From the NCBI GenBank assembly GCA_964106915.2, contig OZ066914.1: a stretch of DNA of 64,000 nt; one strand, given 5' to 3'. Positions within the stretch are counted from its first letter, which is position 1. Each line of letters begins with the position of its first letter. The notes under the pieces are model-generated. The model was not told the DNA's origin and made no database searches. It worked only from the letters and a program-made list of their open reading frames with translations. This document shows, one piece after another, positions 1-10,736 of the stretch. The position numbers and the translations under genes were made by a program. This stretch comes from Podarcis gaigeae. Lineage: Eukaryota.

Positions 1-109
1 AGAAGGGCGCTGCCCAGAGAAAGAAGGGGGCAGCCAACTCTGCCCGTTTTCCAGCCCAGGGAGGGAGAGGGCGCGGGAGTCAGTTGAAGTGGGCAAGGCA
101 GCAGTTCAG

Positions 110-198
110 TGGAAGAGTTCCTGCCTGAAACCCTGCAGAGCTTTCGGTCAGTAGGCAATATTGAACCAATGGTGCTGACTCAGCATAAGGCAGCTTCC
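110..198 (+). mobile_element. 3' part of a tRNA-derived squamate SINE (Squam3-like)
   Basis: cctgcctgaaaccctgcagag...ccaatggtgctgactcagcataaggcagcttcc matches the reverse complement of the 3' half of the SINE copies at 18817-19113 and 43264-43670. Confidence 0.6.
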
Positions 199-1695
199 GG
201 TGTTCAGGTGTTGCTTCTTCTCATCCCCAGCCTGCCAGCCTCTTTGGCTCTGCGATGGTCTGCCTGCTGGCTCTCTTTGGGCAACAAAGTTAGGGAGAAT
301 TGGATGCAGTTCTCACCACTGTGCCTTCCATGCAGAGGCAGCGCTAGTGAGCAAGAGGATGTATCAGCTTCCCTTTATGCACCTCCTTTCCCCCTTTGGG
401 CACTGTGCTGGTGGTAGTTGAATGTACCATCTTGAGAAGGGGTGGATGACCACCAAGGGAACAGAGGCATCTTTCAACCTCTGTCTCTCTGCCTGCCCAG
501 GCAATGCCATGGTACCCAGTTCTCCACATGTGGAGCCCAGAGGGCGAGAGGAAGAGCAAGCTGATGGAAGTCACAGCGCTTCTGTAGAGCAACTTTGCCG
601 GCTTCACTTCTCCCCACTATGCCAACCAATGAGGCAGAGGAAGGTGGAAAGAGAGGTGTCTGCTTCTGATGCTGAACTTGCCCGTGAGAAAGCAGAGACA
701 TGTCCGACTGCTGTTGCTCTGCAGAAGAAGCTAAGTTCCTCTGTGGAGCTTGAGACATTACTTAGACTAACCCATTGGAATAAATGGGCACGACTAACTT
801 CAATCTATTGATTTCATTGGGTCTACTCTGAGAATGAATGAGTTGGGTGCAATCCAGAATCTGCATAGATTTTCTAGAAAAGTTTCATGAACAGCATATT
901 TGCCAACTCATATCTAAGCTCAGCATCCTTGTGGATTTTCAATTAGAATCTAACCTTTTCTACATCTGTTTCTCAGAGGAATCATTATATATATATATAT
1001 ATCTGTATAGGGCAAGTGAATTGGACCAGTATCTTATCATGTGCTTTCACAGATACCTTCTTTATTTTAAGTCTGTTATGTAGAATGAAAAATGTTCCTA
1101 GACCAGGGCAGTCCACAAGTTGCCCTCCTTCAATTAGACTCTGGAGGTATCCTAAACAAAAAAATAGCTGTCACCTAAGGTAAATTATTTGTGTTCTCTC
1201 TAATCAAGAATGTATTTTTGGTCTCTAAAGCATTTTTTCAAGAACACTTAAATACCTTTCCAGTGTTGGCACAGACAAGGAGAAAATCAGAGGGAATCAT
1301 ATACACAAATTGTTTCTGCAAGGAAATGTATTACCTCAGTAGAAGACAAGTGAATTAATATGGGACTAGATTAAGCAGGAGTTAGTTTTGCCTTAAGAAG
1401 TATGTGCAAGTACATTAATAAAACAAGAAGGGAAGACAGCCCTGAACAGAATCTTTAAAGAAAAATGGGATCTGTAAGTTTGCATTGTGATGTGCAGCCA
1501 CCTGTCAGCACATCAGAGACAAGGAATGATGGGCAAAGAATATGAGTGAGTCTGATGTAACTGTGCAGAACATTCATTTGGACAGGACCTTCTTTAAATA
1601 GATCAATGTTACGTCTTGCCAATTTAATTACTTGTGTCTAGTCTGGTGGCTGCATTGCCTAAAACCAATTGTACATATTTATTCCTCCTAAGTCC

Positions 1696-1778
1696 AGTGG
1701 AGGACAGAGGTGCCTGGCGTTCTCTGGTCCATGGGGTCACGAAGAGTCGGACACGACTAAACGACTAAACAACAACAA
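1696..1778 (+). mobile_element. BovB (RTE) LINE 3'-terminal fragment
   Basis: gcctggcgttctctggtccatggggtcacgaagagtcggacacgactaaacgactaaacaacaacaa is the characteristic BovB 3' end with (CAA)n tail; flanked by aagtcc direct repeats (1690-1695, 1779-1784). Confidence 0.85.
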
Positions 1779-1901
1779 AAGTCCTAGTTTACTTGCTTTA
1801 CCATGTAACCATTAATGCATTAATTAAGTACTAGTAATAAAAGCATCAATGAGTTTTTCCTCATTTAGAATGTTTATGGACCGTAGGAATCCTTATATAA
1901 C

Positions 1902-1905
<4 letters not shown>

Positions 1906-1949
<44 letters not shown>
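1906..1949. repeat. (TA)n microsatellite, left flank of the Penelope-like insertion
   Basis: About 22 TA units abutting the element; matching (TA)n at 5268-5290. Confidence 0.95.
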
Positions 1950-1952
<3 letters not shown>

Positions 1953-1998
1953 GGTTTTGGTGTCCTCGGGTGTCTTCCCGTGTAAAAGTTGGGGTGTC

Positions 1999-2041
1999 TA
2001 GGCGACGTTTCGACGAGGTCTCACTCGTCATCTTCAGGCTG
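1999..2041 (-). ncRNA. Minimal type I hammerhead ribozyme motif (left arm)
   Basis: Reverse complement reads CUGAAGA-U-GACGAG-ugagac-CUCGUC-GAAA-C-GUC: conserved core, 6-bp stem II, palindromic ACGU stem III; stem I is weak. Confidence 0.75.
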
Positions 2042-4303
2042 GTGCTTTCGGCTTCTTGTTACTGGAACAGAGCGGGATCTCAATGTTTGAGTTCCTATAA
2101 ATACTGTAGAGGGGGTGTGGTGTCTAGCCTCCAATGTTCTGGGCAGAGAGGAAGTTCCCAGGCTAGTGTGCCTTTTCTTCTTTTGTTCCTTAATTACTTG
2201 AGAGATACCTTGAGTGATTTCTTGAGTGATATCCTGAGTACCACTTAGGTGGGTCATTAGGTGTGGATTAGTTGCTAAAGTCTTTGTGTCTTGACCTCTT
2301 GAACTTTGTGAAGAGTTTTCCTGAGAAGATGGCTGTATTGCACTTAGTTGTGCTTTGGCTTGGCTTCGTGTATAGGGGCGAGCTGTGGTTTTGTGGCTTG
2401 TGTCAGCCAGATCTGTGTAGGGATTGCAGGGGGGTGCAGCATCCGGAGGTGCCACCATGGATTGGCTACTGGATGGTGTCAGTAATTCATCTGTGGAGAG
2501 GGTCTGGGTTTGGGTCTGGTGTGGTTGATTGGTGTTGGCGTTCTGTGTGCCTCTGGATCTGGTGTCAGTTTTTGTGGGGAGGGCTAATTTCCAGGTGTCT
2601 GGCAAGCGGGATGTGTCGTCACGCTTGTTCATGTTGTGAGGGTGTTTCTCTATCTCGATGGCTTCCATGATTATTCTCTTGTGGTGATGTTCCGTGTTAA
2701 AGAGCAATTTGGAATCTGCAAAATTAATTTCGTGTCCTGTTTCTTTCATGTGTTGGAAAAGAGAGGAAGTTTTTTCTTCTTTTTTGACGGCATTCTTGTG
2801 TTCTGCGATACGTGCATTTATTCGTCTGTTTGTTTGTCCAATGTACGTGGCTGGGCAGACTTTGCAGGGTATTTCATAGATCCCTTGGTTTTCCAACTGG
2901 ATTTTATCCTTGGGGTTTCTGAGGATATTGGCTATTTTTTGGTTGGTGCAAAAGGCTGTTTTGATATTGTGTTTATGGAGGATTTTGCTAATTTTATCTG
3001 TAGTGCCCTTGATATAAGGAAGGAGGGCCATGCCATTGTTTTCTTCTGTGTCTTGGTTTTTGGGGGGTGTTTCCTTTTGGATTAGCTTCGTAATCCTGTT
3101 TTGCTGGTATCCATTGGCAATTAACACATTTGAGAGATTCTGTAACTCAGTTGTCAAGTGGTCTTTGTCAGCCAGGCGTTTGGTTCTGGAGATGAGAGTC
3201 TTGGCTACGGAGTTTATTTGTGCAGGGTGGTGGTGTGATTGTGCATGTAAGTAGCGGTTGGTGTGTGTTTTTTTCTGGTAGATAGTGTGTCCTAGGGAGC
3301 CATCAGGTTTTTTGTAGATTAGGACGTCAAGGAAGGGAAGTTGGTTGTTGGCTTCTATTTCCATAGTGAATTGTATTTTGGGGTGTAAGTTGTTGAGATG
3401 TGTGAGGAAGCTATCCAGTTTTTCCTTCCCGTGTGGCCAAATTACAAAGGTGTCGTCAACATATCTGAGCCAAAGTTTGGGTTTGTGTTCTGACTTGTCT
3501 AAAGCATTGGTTTCAAAGTGTTCCATGTACAGGTTTGCGATGACCGGTGAGAGGGGTGATCCCATAGGTGCTCCTTCTATCTGTTTGTATCTTTGTCCAT
3601 TGTGGATGAAGTACGTGTTGGTTAGGCAGTGGTTGGTCAGGTCCAAGATGTATTCGGGGGGATTGTATTTGTTTTGAATAGCTGTCAAGGCTTCATTAAT
3701 GGGCACTTGTGTGAAGAGAGATACAACATCGAAGCTCACAAGTAGGTCATTAGGATGTAGGTTTTGCTTCTTTATTGTTTCTATGAACTGGAAGGAGTTT
3801 GGTACGTGTGAAGAGATGGATTCTGCATAGGGCTGAAGTTGCTTGGCGAGAAATTTAGCGAGATTTTGTAGAGGTGAGCCTATGGAGCTGACTATTGGTC
3901 TGAGTGGTGTTCCTTCTTTGTGTATCTTGGGGAGGCCGTAGAGTTTGGGGCATCTGGATGATTTTTCTCTGGGGATGATTCTTAGCTGGATTTCTTCACT
4001 GATAGGAGAGGCTTTTATTTTGGATTTGGTGGTTTTTTCCAGATAGGTGGTGGGATCTGTTTTTATAGGTTTGTAGGCAGGATCTTGGAGTAGCTTTGAT
4101 AGTTTTGCTTGGTAGTCCGATGTGTTCATCACCACTGTGGCATTACCTTTGTCTGCTGGGAGAATGATTATGTTGTTGTCTTTCCTCAGGTTGGTGAGTG
4201 CTTTCTGTTCTTCTTTGTGTAAATTGCTTCTGGGTGGTTTGCTGGAGCAGAGGATGTTGGTGACTTCAAGTCTGATTTTATTGGCTTCATCTGGGTTGAA
4301 TTT
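2021..4303 (-). CDS. Penelope-like reverse transcriptase + GIY-YIG endonuclease ORF (N-terminally truncated, about 760 aa without stops)
   Basis: RT motifs YGLPKIHK, PLRPIVS, SFDVVSLFT, GAPMGSPLSP, RYVDDTF, LPFLDV; endonuclease GIYEIPCKVC..YIGQT..RIAEH. No Cys-rich RT-EN linker, consistent with Penelope/Poseidon rather than Neptune. The first ~24 aa of the listed 784-aa ORF come from the inverted arm. Confidence 0.93.
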   Translation of the reverse strand, partial: KFNPDEANKIRLEVTNILCSSKPPRSNLHKEEQKALTNLRKDNNIIILPADKGNATVVMNTSDYQAKLSKLLQDPAYKPIKTDPTTYLEKTTKSKIKASPISEEIQLRIIPREKSSRCPKLYGLPKIHKEGTPLRPIVSSIGSPLQNLAKFLAKQLQPYAESISSHVPNSFQFIETIKKQNLHPNDLLVSFDVVSLFTQVPINEALTAIQNKYNPPEYILDLTNHCLTNTYFIHNGQRYKQIEGAPMGSPLSPVIANLYMEHFETNALDKSEHKPKLWLRYVDDTFVIWPHGKEKLDSFLTHLNNLHPKIQFTMEIEANNQLPFLDVLIYKKPDGSLGHTIYQKKTHTNRYLHAQSHHHPAQINSVAKTLISRTKRLADKDHLTTELQNLSNVLIANGYQQNRITKLIQKETPPKNQDTEENNGMALLPYIKGTTDKISKILHKHNIKTAFCTNQKIANILRNPKDKIQLENQGIYEIPCKVCPATYIGQTNRRINARIAEHKNAVKKEEKTSSLFQHMKETGHEINFADSKLLFNTEHHHKRIIMEAIEIEKHPHNMNKRDDTSRLPDTWKLALPTKTDTRSRGTQNANTNQPHQTQTQTLSTDELLTPSSSQSMVAPPDAAPPCNPYTDLADTSHKTTARPYTRSQAKAQLSAIQPSSQENSSQSSRGQDTKTLATNPHLMTHLSGTQDITQEITQGISQVIKEQKKKRHTSLGTSSLPRTLEARHHTPSTVFIGTQTLRSRSVPVTRSRKHQPEDDE

Positions 4304-5267
4304 GGATCTATGAAATACCCTGCAAAGTCTGCCCAGCCACGTACATTGGACAAACAAACAGACGAATAAATGCACGTATCGCAGAACACAAGAATGCCGT
4401 CAAAAAAGAAGAAAAAACTTCCTCTCTTTTCCAACACATGAAAGAAACAGGACACGAAATTAATTTTGCAGATTCCAAATTGCTCTTTAACACGGAACAT
4501 CACCACAAGAGAATAATCATGGAAGCCATCGAGATAGAGAAACACCCTCACAACATGAACAAGCGTGACGACACATCCCGCTTGCCAGACATCTGGAAAT
4601 TAGCCCTCCCCACAAAAACTGACACCAGATCCAGAGGCACACAGAACGCCAACACCAATCAACCACACCAGACCCAAACCCAGACCCTCTCCACAGATGA
4701 ATTACTGACACCATCCAGTAGCCAATCCATGGTGGCACCTCCGGATGCTGCACCCCCCTGCAATCCCTACACAGATCTGGCTGACACAAGCCACAAAACC
4801 ACAGCTCGCCCCTATACACGAAGCCAAGCCAAAGCACAACTAAGTGCAATACAGCCATCTTCTCAGGAAAACTCTTCACAAAGTTCAAGAGGTCAAGACA
4901 CAAAGACTTTAGCAACTAATCCACACCTAATGACCCACCTAAGTGGTACTCAGGATATCACTCAAGAAATCACTCAAGGTATCTCTCAAGTAATTAAGGA
5001 ACAAAAGAAGAAAAGGCACACTAGCCTGGGAACTTCCTCTCTGCCCAGAACATTGGAGGCTAGACACCACACCCCCTCTACAGTATTTATAGGAACTCAA
5101 ACATTGAGATCCCACTCTGTTCCAGTAACAAGAAGCCGAAAGCACCAGCCTGAAGATGACGAGTGAGACCTCGTCGAAACGTCGCCTAGACACCCCAACT
5201 TTTACACGGGAAGACACCCGAGGACACCAAAACCTGCATTCCTGTACCCGTGAAAATCTACGAAAGC
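4304..5267 (+). repeat. Inverted arm of the Penelope-like element (GIY-YIG region to 3' end plus tail)
   Basis: Starts at the GIY codons (gg atc tat gaa ata ccc); ORF 4438-5166 matches the C-terminus of the minus-strand ORF except T/I (2595/4592) and R/H (2073/5114). Confidence 0.95.
5146..5188 (+). ncRNA. Minimal type I hammerhead ribozyme motif (right arm)
   Basis: CTGAAGA 5150-5156, stem II GACGAG 5158-5163 / CTCGTC 5170-5175, GAAA 5176-5179, GTC 5181-5183 (predicted cleavage after 5183). Confidence 0.75.
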
Positions 5268-5728
5268 ATATATATATATATATATATATAAATTTTAGAT
5301 TGTCCAAAAGAATACATATTACTGATGTTGCACTGGTGCAGAAAATAAAGCTTCACACTTAAAATTTAATACCCTTCCCAGATTGCACCATAATCCACCT
5401 AGGGCAGCATTTTCCCCCAACTTTGGACAGCTGGATGCTTCTGGGAAAATTATTTATCTAGAGGAATGTTTAATCCACTATTCAAATAATTTCCATTACT
5501 GCTTATAATGCAATGACATCAAAGTAGGCACTAGGCAAGTCTCTGTATATGTTTTCCGCAGTACAGCTCTGCTAAGAAGATCACTTTCTTAGTAGCCAGT
5601 CAATGTATTTCAAATCCCTGAGGATGGCCTCTGTTGAAGTCCTTAGCTGTATATGAGATACATGTAGACAGAGGGGCTGCTTCAGGTAACCTGGCCACAA
5701 GCTGTGAAGAGCTTTAAAGGTCAAACTA

Positions 5729-5729
<1 letters not shown>

Positions 5730-5783
<54 letters not shown>

Positions 5784-5908
5784 TTATTTATACCCCACCC
5801 GTCTGGCTGGGTTTCCCCAGCTACTCTGAGTGGTTCCCAACAGAATAATAATAATAATAATAAATAAAGTGATAAAAAATCCAACATTAAAAACTTCCCT
5901 GAATAGGG
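5730..5908 (-). mobile_element. L2-type LINE 3' end with long (ATT)n tail
   Basis: (AAT)n 5730-5783 followed by tttataccccacccgtctggctgggtttccccagc...aaaacttccctgaataggg; related copy at 52432-52560. Confidence 0.65.
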
Positions 5909-6061
5909 AACTGAGCTTAGAAATTAACAAGGAGCAAGTGCAGTCAACAAAACACCAGTGTAATATGATCATAACTCCTGGTCCCAGTTATCTATTTAAC
6001 CAATATGGTTTGAATTAAATTGTTTCTAAATCATCTTCAAAAGTATGCACACTTAAAACCT

Positions 6062-6150
6062 GGGCTTTTTTTCAGTGGGAAGTCACCAGAACTAAGCTCC
6101 AGAATCTCTCAGGTGGGCGCCATTGCCATTCTAAGAGAATAAATCTGAAT
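6062..6150 (+). mobile_element. Partial non-autonomous DNA-transposon repeat (lizard family)
   Basis: gggctttttttcag...ctctcaggtgggcgccattgccattctaagagaa recalled as a recurrent lizard repeat; a possible other-end fragment lies at about 30811-30842. Confidence 0.4.
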
Positions 6151-6275
6151 ACTCATGAGAAGTATTATATTATTTTCAGAAGTCATACTTTTCATACATT
6201 ATTATTTGTAGGATTTATTTCTAAGCTAAAGAGCTTTAGAAAGTGGCTGTAGAGAATGTGTAATGTGAGTGCCAA

Positions 6276-6310
<35 letters not shown>

Positions 6311-8719
6311 TATATATAAGCTAATTATTGGATTAAGGAGAGGCTGCTCTCCACCAGTGGAAAAACCAGTAAGAGTTAATTCACTATGGCAAAATAGATC
6401 CTGGCCCAGTGCTGTCACAAAGAGTGTCCCCACTTCTTGCTGTGTATAAGGGGGAAAGTAAACGATATGCACCCCTTATCACCCTGTCTTTGGCAACATA
6501 TGCATGCGTCCACATGTGCCTGGAAAACAGTAAAGTCAAAGCCAGCAACATATAACTATCTACCACAGCTTAGCAAATCCTGGGAGCACGCTATTGGTTT
6601 TGTACACTGGAAAGTGCCTCTGACCAAAGAAACTGTGTACCCGAGTACTGGCTCAGTGATCAACCCTAATTGCCACTGTTGTAGCTCCATAATTAGTGGC
6701 AACTCTTATAGCTTCAAATGGCAATCTTGTCAAGTCTGAAAACAGAAGATTAACTTGATGTTTGCAAGAATAGAGAAATGGCAACATCTACAGTTCTCCT
6801 ACAATTGATGATGTTAGATTATGTGCATAATACCTGTGCTTCCAGGGGAAACAGACCCTAGCCATGGTGCACTGATTTAAGGTAAGATAGCTGTAAATAG
6901 ACACAGCTGGAAAGAGACAGCAATGATAGTGCATATATATATATAGGTGTGAGGCAAGTAAAGGAATTTATGAGGGACCTTGACTATGGGTAGTTAAGAG
7001 GGGCTGCCCCTTTCTTGTGATCTGAATCATATGATTAATAAGTCTTAAGAATAACTGTATCTGTGGCTGTCTTACTAATTCTGTTTAGTGGGTAGCTATT
7101 GTTATAAACAGCTAGGCCTCTGTGTTGGAATACCTAGACATTCCAAAGGATATTTCATCTTTTGTTTATTTTTTTTAAAGTTATTAATTGTACATATTCA
7201 TTATGGATGTTTTCAATGTTTTGATGGAATTATTTCATTGCATACGTATCTTAATTATGTGTTGATAATGCTTTTAGAATTTATTTCACATTTGTAAACC
7301 ACTTAGGAGTCATTTCAGCAAGTAAACAGTATATAAATTAATATAACAAGAACAACAGTATTTGTTTGACCTAAGATGCTGTAATTGTTATGAAACATGC
7401 AAAAGAAGACCATAACAAATTTTTGTTAAAATACAGTATTGTTTCACTTTATTCTTGACTATAGCCAGGAGCAAGGCTTCAAAGCATGCCCAGGATCCTT
7501 CCTACATCCAGTGATGTCAGAAATGGCATCCTTAGATCCTTTCTCCTATATTGGTATGTCCCCCTGTTCATGTGCCTCCTTCACTGCTATTATGTCAGGC
7601 ATTAAAAGAGCTATACCTATAGCCCAACACAATCCATTCTTTCAGGGCACATTATTTTCACAGCACTCCACTGAACAAATATCATAGGTCCAACATGAAC
7701 CTTATATTTGAAATATTGATCTGCCATTTTTAGTAGCAATTTCCAATGGTTTTGGAAACCACTCACCTTTCACCCTGAAGCTACAAAACACTCCTTAGGG
7801 CGTCGGAATCTGTATGTTTGGAACATGGGGCGAGGAATCTAATTCACTTTGGGCCAACCTATGTGCATACAGGCTTTGACTGCATGATTGATTTCTGACT
7901 TTTACCTGAGCTATTAATAGCAATGTGAAATTCAAGTTCCCTGATGTATTTTATACATGTAGACCCTAATCAAATGTGCAGGGTTGGAGATGTTGAAGTC
8001 TGCTCAAGTGCACTGAAAGCACAGGTTGGGAAGGCATGCTCATGGTCTCCATATATATGGGTTGGATGCGACACAAGTATTTATCAACTTGACCTAATGT
8101 AGAATAATTTCCCCTCTTTCATTTCCCAGCAAACTTCCAAATTCAAGAAGACAGGGATCCTATTTGAAACAAATTTAAATGTAGTTCCTCGTTTTATTTT
8201 ATTTTTATTTGTTTAAGATACCAGGGAATTCTTGAGAGCTACATCTGTCTTGCAAATACCACAAATTGCAGGACTGCAATAAGAATGTCCATCTCCAACA
8301 GGAAACTTAGTTACTCCACAGGCTTCATGTAACTAAGCTGAGTACACTATACATGTACTGTTTTCTTTCTTAAACAGAGAAAACCCTAAGACTGAATTTC
8401 ATTTTCATATTCAACTGGTATTTCCCTACATTGTTGTTTTCATTGCAAAGGAAAATAGTAATAATATGTTATATATACGGTACATCATGAGATACCTATA
8501 CCCTTTCATGTAACTCCATTTCTCTTAAGAGCATTGCAGGGTTTTTTTTGTTTTTTAAAAAAATAAAAATAAAAAGTTGCACAAGGAGGTGAGAAATAAT
8601 GGAAGAGGACAATATGTCGTTTCAGCTTCCCCATAGCAGAAGGGATCACTATTTTATGGGCCATTTAATCAAGGTTGAAGCAGAATATGAAGAGATTCAA
8701 GTACTAAACCAAGTATGAC

Positions 8720-8827
8720 CATGTTGCTGGGCTACAGCTCCAAACATGCCTGACCATTGACCACGCTGGTGATGATGGGAGTTGGGAGTCCAACAACAGG
8801 TAGAGCATCACAGGTTCCCCACCCCTG
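8720..8827. mobile_element. Degenerate hAT-type palindromic MITE relic
   Basis: gggctacagctcc...gatgatgggagttgggagtccaacaac...caggttccccacccctg resembles the intact copies at 39184-39319 and 50111-50246; other relics near 15740-15865, 21255-21340, 25635-25790, 34950-35085. Confidence 0.6.
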
Positions 8828-10387
8828 TACTAACCATGCCCATTTCTTCCTTGGATGGTGCCAACTGCTTCTTCCCTCGAAATGGATTCCAGCCCTGTTG
8901 TCATTCTGGGATATAGGAACCCGTATGGGGATTCCAATGCATAGTAAAGTATGTCCCTCTTTACGCCTCTGACGTGTGGAAACAATGTTTCTGAACTGAA
9001 AATAAAGTGACAGGATATGCAAGATACTTAAAGTATTTCTTATATTTTGTTCCACACTTCAGCCAAAAAAGGCTCCTAGAGTGGCTTAAGATAGTTCCTA
9101 CCCTCAAGCTTACTATCTACTATATAGAATACTATATAGAGGTACTTTGGGAAGCTATTAATTCTGGAACGGGATAAAACTTCATAGTGTAATTTATTTT
9201 CCTGTGTTTCAATGCACTGTAGGACAGGAGTACTGACCAGACAGTACTTTAGTGTCATTTCAATAGCGTAACTGAAATGGTTAAATTTATTAATGTGCAA
9301 TACTCTTCTAGAGGGAGAACAGTTTTATTGCATGTATACATTTAACCTGTTTCCCTTTTTCTTTTAAATAGCTCACTGATATATTACATGATGTAATACA
9401 GCGTGGGAGTATTAATGTACTTATTTGAGATAGATTGTTACAGAACTTATGCATTCTTTTGTCTTTTTTTTGTATTTTCAACAGGTAAAAAATAAATTGA
9501 CCAAATTGACCCACTAAGCCTAAATAGGCTTTGTGTTTAGGATTCACACTGTGCAGACATCATCACACCAAATGGAGTGAATGTTTACTTGGTTAAAAAT
9601 GATGCTATCTGAGGAAAGGCTGGCTTCATCCCCGTCAATGTGCTGCCCATCTGACAGTCCAAGACTCTGTGATTCTGCTGATTCTTAGGATGGAGAAATT
9701 TGAAGACAGGTGGCACCACCAGCTGTTTCATCACATGGTGGGTAACATCACCATAACCCTGGAACATAGATGCATTTCTCCATAAACTGGAGTCCACAAA
9801 ACACTATTAATCAATTTCTGAGTTGTAAGAGGGAGGGAAGTTTTGGTTCGGGGAAGATGTTATGGAGTCTTGGATTGTCGGGAAGACATGAGGAGAATTG
9901 CTCATGTTGTTGTAGAAGAGAGAGAACAAATCCTTAACCGACGGGCAGGTAAAGGGGTGCAAGAGTAAATGGTTGATCACCTGACACAGCAGCACAGCTA
10001 GAGAGCTAGAAAGAAGATAAAAGTGTTTAAAACTGAGATACAGTAATTTCCCTAGGAACCACAGCAAATGAGGAACAACTATAACAAACTATTTTCTCCG
10101 ATCATTTGGGAGGCAGTGCATTTTATTTTGTATTTCTTTTGAAACCTGCACTGGTGTTTTTCAAGTAGGTGATTACAGCTACAGTTTTGGTATATCACCA
10201 TTGACTTCAAGAATGCTGCATTTAAATCGAGAGTTTACAAAAATTCCATATTTGAGAAAGAGAAGTAAGAATGTTGAGAAGCTGTGCATGTACTCACTGG
10301 ACGTTTTGTTCCCTGAAAGTCTGAGCATGCATCCAGGGCAGAATATAGCCATTTCATCATTTGCATAAACATACACTTTTCATACAA

Positions 10388-10736
10388 CACAGGTGGTGCT
10401 GTGGGTTAAACCACAGAGCCTAGGACTTGCTGATCAGAAGGTCAGAGGTTCAAATCCCCACGACGGGGTGAGCTCCCATTGCTCGGTCCCTGCTTCTGCC
10501 AACCTAGCAGTTCGAAAACATGTAAAAGTGCAAGTAGATAAATAGGTACCACTCTGGCGGGAAGGTAAACGGCGTTTCCATGCGCTGCTCTGGTTCGCCA
10601 GAAGCGGCTTAGTCATGCTGGCCACATGACCCAGAAGCTGTACGCCGGCTCCCTCGGCCAGTAAAGCGAGATGAGTGCCGCAACCCCAGAGTCGTCCGCG
10701 ACAGGACCTAACAGTCAGGGGTCCCTTTACCTTTAC
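10388..10736 (+). mobile_element. Sauria SINE, full length
   Basis: tRNA-related head (ggtggtgctgtgggttaaacc...ggttcaaatcc), body gcaagtagataaataggtacc, (ACCTTT)n tail. Confidence 0.92.

Larger units (their letters stand above)
1948..5267 (-). mobile_element. Penelope-like element (Penelope/Poseidon type), 5'-truncated, with an inverted copy of its 3' region
   Basis: Minus-strand RT+GIY-YIG ORF; 4304-5239 is the reverse complement of 1948-2883; both outer ends are element 3' ends inside (TA)n; extra 28-bp tail 5240-5267 on the right arm only. Confidence 0.95.

Noticed and set aside
109-811. ORFs of 102 and 129 aa at the window start
   Set aside because: No recognisable domain; partly overlap SINE and short repeat relics
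4304-4375. N-terminus MHLFVCLFVQCTWLGRLCRVFHR of the listed 784-aa ORF
   Set aside because: Starts at GTG and is antisense sequence of the inverted arm; the element is 5'-truncated, so this is not a full-length protein
1970-5362. Paired antisense ORFs (132, 149/121, 92/122, 61 aa) in the Penelope-like element
   Set aside because: Shadow frames duplicated by the inverted repeat; no recognisable motifs
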